DNA from: Bugula neritina
Taxonomy: Eukaryota > Animalia > Bryozoa
DNA: 64,000 nucleotides
Reading direction: 5' to 3'
Assembly: GCA_964035545.1 (NCBI GenBank)
Contig: OZ037768.1
Location: 23,593,319-23,657,318 of the forward strand
Shown here: piece by piece, positions 58,901 through 64,000 of the stretch
How positions within the stretch are numbered: the first letter of the stretch is position 1
Layout of the letters: each line of letters starts with the position of its first letter
The notes under the pieces: generated by a model
What the model saw: the letters and a program-made list of their open reading frames with translations, nothing else
Told to the model about the DNA's origin: nothing
The model's database searches: none
Program-made: the position numbers and the translations under genes

Positions 58901-61900
58901 AGTTTTGAGGCAATGAGTAATAGACACACACGTTTAGCCTGGTGTTCTGTTTTCACTAGGGGGAGATGAAAGTGAGCCCCCCACTCTTCTCTCACCTGGT
59001 GCACATGCTGAAGAGTTTAGCCGATGGCCGTTTGGCTCTCATACTAGAAGGGGGGTACCACCTGGAGTCCCTCAGTGAGGGCGTGGCCTACTCTCTCAGA
59101 GCTTTACTGAATGATAGCTGCCCTCTCATTGGTCCTTCTCTTCCTCCACAACCAGAGTAAGGCTCTGTCTGTTTGTCTCTTTACAATCTTGTGTTTGTTG
59201 TAGAGTTTTGACTGAGAAACGAAGAATTTCTTATAAAAATCCACATTTTTCGTAGTTTTTAACTGGCATTTACTTTGTAAATCTTTTAAGCACCAAATTT
59301 TTTAGAAGTTTTGAAGATATCAGTTGTAATATTTTATAGAAAATAATATTTTCAACTAATTCATTTAGTGTTGCCGAGTATGTATCAGTATTAGCCAATC
59401 AAATTGAGTGTTGTATCAGCCTATCACCTCATTTGTTACACACGTCACAGGATGGTGAATGTTATACTGAACTGTATCAACCAGCTGAGACCATACTGGA
59501 AGTGTTTCCTCTACCAGAACACCGACTACAGTGAGAAGGCCGTGAACTTGGCAAGTGCTGACCCAAGGTGAGTGTAAGGCAACTGTTGGAGGTCATATTG
59601 AGGTCACTGAAGGTCATATTGAGGTCACTGAAGGTCATATTAAGGTCACTGGGATCATGTGTATATCAGTAAACATTGACCGAGACATGATAGTGTGTGT
59701 AGTAGACGTAACTTCACCTATTAGTAGGAATTCTGATTATTTCTTCAGACAATGCTGAGTATTATATTCAAGTGAATCTACCATATTTTCGGAAGGTATT
59801 AAACGGTGTTTTTCTTGAATTAATTGTTTTTCCTAACTATAAACTAAGAGCATTATGAAGGGAACATGTTTTTGAAATTGTGTTACACTGTTATACTTTA
59901 CTGATGAAAAATATTTCCACCAGTTTTGTGTTTTGTTTTGCTGTTTAATTCGATATTTTCAACTGTAGAGGCAAAGCGCCTCTGATCTTGGAAGACCCAG
60001 CATACCATGAGCTCTACAAGTGCGACGCTCAGCCTAAGGAGAAGAAAGATGCCTTCACCGAAGAGATCAAAGAGATTGTGAAAGCACACCCAACCAGAAC
60101 GACTCAACATCGGTACCACAGTCTATAAATTGTCTCCACCTGATTGTGGATTAGATATTGTTGGAGTTGCCTTTTGCCATATAATACTTTCTTGGATTAG
60201 AAAACTTGTGAATTACAGTATAATGGCTTATACACTGTAAATGTAGACTATAAAGTTTAAGGTTACGAAAGGGTTTGAGAACTTACCATTTCGCATTACA
60301 TAATGCATTCACATTCACCGTCATATAATCTAAAGATTATTTTCTGGTGAACTTGTCTCTACTTAGTTCAGACTCAAGTAATTCTCGAGTTTTCTAATAG
60401 TGAGCAGCAGGCGTTATGTAATGCGACATTTTGCAGGACGAGTTACGTGTACGATGACCACATGATGGAGCATAAGAATGTCCTTGAACCTTCACATCCC
60501 GAGAAGCCGGAGCGAATCTCGTGGATAAGAGACATGCTGGAAGAGTACGGTCTGCTGGAGAAGTGCATCAAACTGGCGAGTCGTAGAGCTACCCGGGAGG
60601 AGCTGAACCTGGTGCATGAGTGAGTAGTGCAGACGCAGATGTGTGCGCGTGCAGACGTTGACAGTATTATACTGTATTACACCCACTGTTACAATTTACA
60701 AGAATATATTGAACTATTTGATAGACTGTATATTGTTTATACATTGTAGTGCTACCACAAGTCTACTTATAATATATTCTGCATTTGATAAGTGCACAAT
60801 ATAACTCATGACTTTGAGCTGTTTAATTCAATAAAAACTGTTTATTTAATTAAAAAATAATAGTCAGGTTCTTTTCATTGTCCAATCATTTAAATTAAAA
60901 AATTTTAAATATTTAATATTCTAAAATTTAGTTTTTTATTTGAAACTTTTTACATAATCTGACTTTTGATAATTTCACCTTTAACCTTGAGTTCAACCAC
61001 ACAATGGTACTAAAAATTCGGGGTAGCAGTGCGTCTCGTTACACCCAATTCACACTTCCTGTATCCTGTGTAGTTTGAAGCACATAGAAAGAATAAAGGA
61101 GCTGGAGACAACCAAACCCTGTGAGTACCCGGCTATTGAGGCGACTCTAGACTCTATCTACATCCACCCCAAGTCCTACAGCTGTGCCCTCATGGCTGCC
61201 GGCAGTCTTCTCAACGTCGTAGACTCTGTGATGACTGATGAGGTAGGCGTGTCGTGATTTATGGAGCTCAGTCTACATTTTACCAGCTTAAATTAACCAG
61301 TTTTAATAAAACATAAAAGCAGAATGGTAGTTGAGGAAAAATAAATCATATTGAAGTCTTCCCATCTTGTTATTTACTGGTAATTAGAAAATAAGCTGAT
61401 ATGTAGCAGTATTGTCTATATTCTACTAGTTTTTGCACTAATCATACTAGTTTCGCTGTATTTATTATTACTTGCAGTTAAATGGTTACTCTTTCAATTC
61501 TTGTATCACCTACAGAAACTAACTCTGTTTTAACTGAGCTATTTTAGAAAGTTTCCATTAATAAATCATTCTTTGTTGCAGACAAGAAATGGGTTCGCTA
61601 TAATCAGACCACCTGGTCACCACGCGGAGGCCAACATACCGTGTGGGTTCTGTTTCTTCAATAACGTCCCCATTGCTGCTAAATACGCACAGAAGAAGCA
61701 CTCAGCTAAGAAGTGAGTGTCACTATCTGTACAACTTATCTGTTACTATCTGTACTACTTATCTGTCACTATCTGTACTACTTATCTGTTACTATCTGTA
61801 CAACTTATCTGTCACTATCTGTACAACTTATCTGTCACTATCTGTACAACTTATCTGTTACTATCTGTACAACTTATCTGCTACTATCTGTACAACTTAT

Positions 61901-64000
61901 CTGTTACTATCTGTACTACCTATCTGTCACTATCTCTACAACTTATCTGTTACTATCTGTACAACTTATCTGTTACTATCTCTACAACTTATCTGTCACT
62001 ATCTGTACAACTTATCTGTCACTATCTGTACAACTTATCTGTTACTATCTGTACTACCTATCTGTTACTATCTCTACAACTTATCTGTCACTATCTCTAC
62101 AACTTATCTGTCACTATCTGTACAACTTATCTGTCACTATCTGTACTACCTATCTGTCACTATCTGTACAACTTATCTGCTACTATCTGTACAACTTATC
62201 TGCTACTATCTGTACAACTTATCTGCTACTATCTGTACAACTTATCTGTTACTATCTGTACTACTTATCTGTTACTATCTGTACTACTTATCTGCTACTA
62301 TCTGTACAACTTATCTGTTACTATCTGTACTACTTATCTGTTATTATTCACTGCAGGATTATGATCATGGACTGGGATGTTCACCATGGTAACGGCACTC
62401 AACACATGTTTGAATCTGATGACTCAGTTCTGTATATCTCACTCCATCGCTATGACAACGGCTTCTTCTACCCCGGCTCAGCTGACGCTAACTACGACAA
62501 AGTTGGCAAAGGGAAGGGTGAAGGTTTCAATGTCAACATTCCTTTCAACTCCAAGGTATAGACACGTAGACTGTTGTAGGATGTGTGACTATTCTGTGGG
62601 TGTTTTAGACGTACTGTTACCTGTATTTACCTGTTCCAGGTGTCTCCGTTTTATTACCTTGTCAATTCTGGTCCACCAGAGGGAATGCCGGGAGATGCTG
62701 AATATATAGCAGCGTTTCAACAGATTGTCATGCCTATATGCTATGAGGTACAACATATTCCGTAGTCCGTTGTATCAATTTATTGTTGTCTTATGAGCAC
62801 ACAACTCCTATATTTAGTCAGTATGTTGCAAGAAAACTATGCTAATCTGTTTTATATTTGTTTTTATAAAGTTGAAGTATAAACAATCCACTTATTTACT
62901 ATAAATTATTGCTGCTTCAAGTGTAATTTATAGTATTAAAGTGTCAGCCTATATGTATGTATATATGTGAAGGAATTAAATTTATTCTAAACTTACCGCA
63001 CTACAATAGGGTCACATAATAGGGTGTGCAATCCTGTATTTAGTATCATGGTATATTGTATGCTATGTCATAGTATATTATTACAATATATTATATTATA
63101 TAACAGTATAGTATGTTATACCACAGTATACTATATTATATTATATTACAATATACTATGTTATATTACAGTATACTATATTATACTACATTATATTATA
63201 TTACAATATACTATGTTATATTACAGTATACTATATTATACTACATTATATTATATTACAATATACTATGTTATATTACAGTATGCTCCTGATCTTATTT
63301 TCATATCTGCTGGGTTTGATGCTGCTAAAGGCGATCCACTGGTAGGTTTCACTCAGTTACTTTTCTGTCATAGTTTTTATTAAAATCTTAGCCATTAGAT
63401 GAATCTTACTTATGGTGTTCTATGTCTACAGTATTGCCTGGATTATTTGTCAAGTTTTTGTAGCCTGTGATTTCATATTTGTCTGCATTGGTAGGGAAGG
63501 TATCGCATCACCCCCGGTGGATATGCCCACATGACTCATATGCTGACTTCCTTAGCCAATGGAAGAGTGATTCTAGCTCTGGAGGTGAGTGGAATATTTC
63601 CTTCTGCTCTCTTGTGTTTATGGAGAGAAGTACTTGCGTCATTCTGTGTTACTCCTTCTGATTGGCTACCTTCAGGGAGGTTACAACCTCAACTCAATAT
63701 CAGAGAGTTTCTCTGCGTGTGTTGACGTCATGCTGGGCGGAACCCCTCCGAGGATACAGGATACTGAGCCCGCAGCAAATGCCGTGGAAACTATTAAAAA
63801 TGTAATCAGCGTACATAAGAAGTACTGGAAGTCTCTTTGCTGTGATGGTGAGTCACTAGTTTTTGTTGTAGTTTTATGATGTCATCATATTTTGTGTGTG
63901 ATGCCATCATACTCAAAGAGCTTGTCATTGCTTGCTTTTTTAGTCACTCTGCCATACAATGAGACAGAGATTTTGGAACTGAAAAAGGAAAAGCAGGAAG
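54563..64000 (+). CDS. HDAC6: Histone deacetylase 6 (class IIb, tandem deacetylase domains); 3' end outside window
   Basis: Approximate exons: 54563-54565 (ATG, uncertain), 54905-54967, 55134-55202, 55450-55481, 55994-56135, 56243-56380, 57051-57148, 57616-57789, 58455-58581, 58716-58841, 58960-59155, 59451-59567, 59970-60113, 60437-60619, 61074-61242, 61582-61712, 62357-62555, 62680-62746, 63282-63341, 63495-63584, 63676-63847, 63944->64000. Two full sets of RPPGHH, DWDVHHG, SIHRY/SLHRY, SAGYD/SAGFD and LEGGY motifs; HPEKPERI in CD2. Confidence 0.96.
55530..55950. repeat. (ACT/GCT)n microsatellite in an HDAC6 intron
   Basis: actactactgct runs between coding exons. Confidence 0.95.
56424..56979. 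repeat. 35-bp intronic minisatellite
   Basis: tgtcatgtctaccatgtcttctgcttctctatag(t) x~16. Confidence 0.95.
57909..58204. repeat. 20/16-bp intronic minisatellite
   Basis: gtcatagctgtactgagtga repeats. Confidence 0.95.
61718..62343. repeat. 23-bp minisatellite filling an entire HDAC6 intron
   Basis: gtcactatctgtacaacttatct x~27, running from donor to acceptor. Confidence 0.96.
63075..63281. repeat. AT-rich tandem repeat ending at an acceptor site
   Basis: ttatattacaatatactatgttatattacagtat units; the last ttacag is the acceptor of exon 63282. Confidence 0.8.

Noticed and set aside
61643-62392. Long repetitive ORFs (also 11473-11793, 12556-12948, 34899-35438, 35777-36184)
   Set aside because: They are stop-free by virtue of minisatellite units and are intronic.

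Overview
This is AT-rich, intron-dense animal genomic DNA, not prokaryotic. It looks like a marine invertebrate, possibly a lophotrochozoan such as a bryozoan, but that is an impression only. By manual GT-AG splicing I reconstruct six genes. (1) A + strand, 5'-truncated ROCO gene whose LRR-Roc GTPase-COR module splices in frame, via an acidic linker, into a complete caspase (p20+p10, SHG/QACSG). This is the standout finding. (2) A - strand Ihog/Boi/BOC/CDON-family Hedgehog co-receptor with an extra Ig exon inserted between FN3 domains. (3) A - strand squalene epoxidase with an SRE-like site plus CCAAT box upstream. (4) A small + strand 107-aa gene I do not recognise. (5) A - strand Cys-rich (GCC2/GCC3, TNFR-like) single-pass receptor ending in an ITIM-consensus motif. 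(6) A + strand HDAC6 with two deacetylase domains, running off the 3' end. Introns hold many minisatellites, some built from splice junctions, plus a tRNA-derived SINE family, a MITE family and a tRNA pseudogene. Exon coordinates were read by eye and may be off by a few bases.
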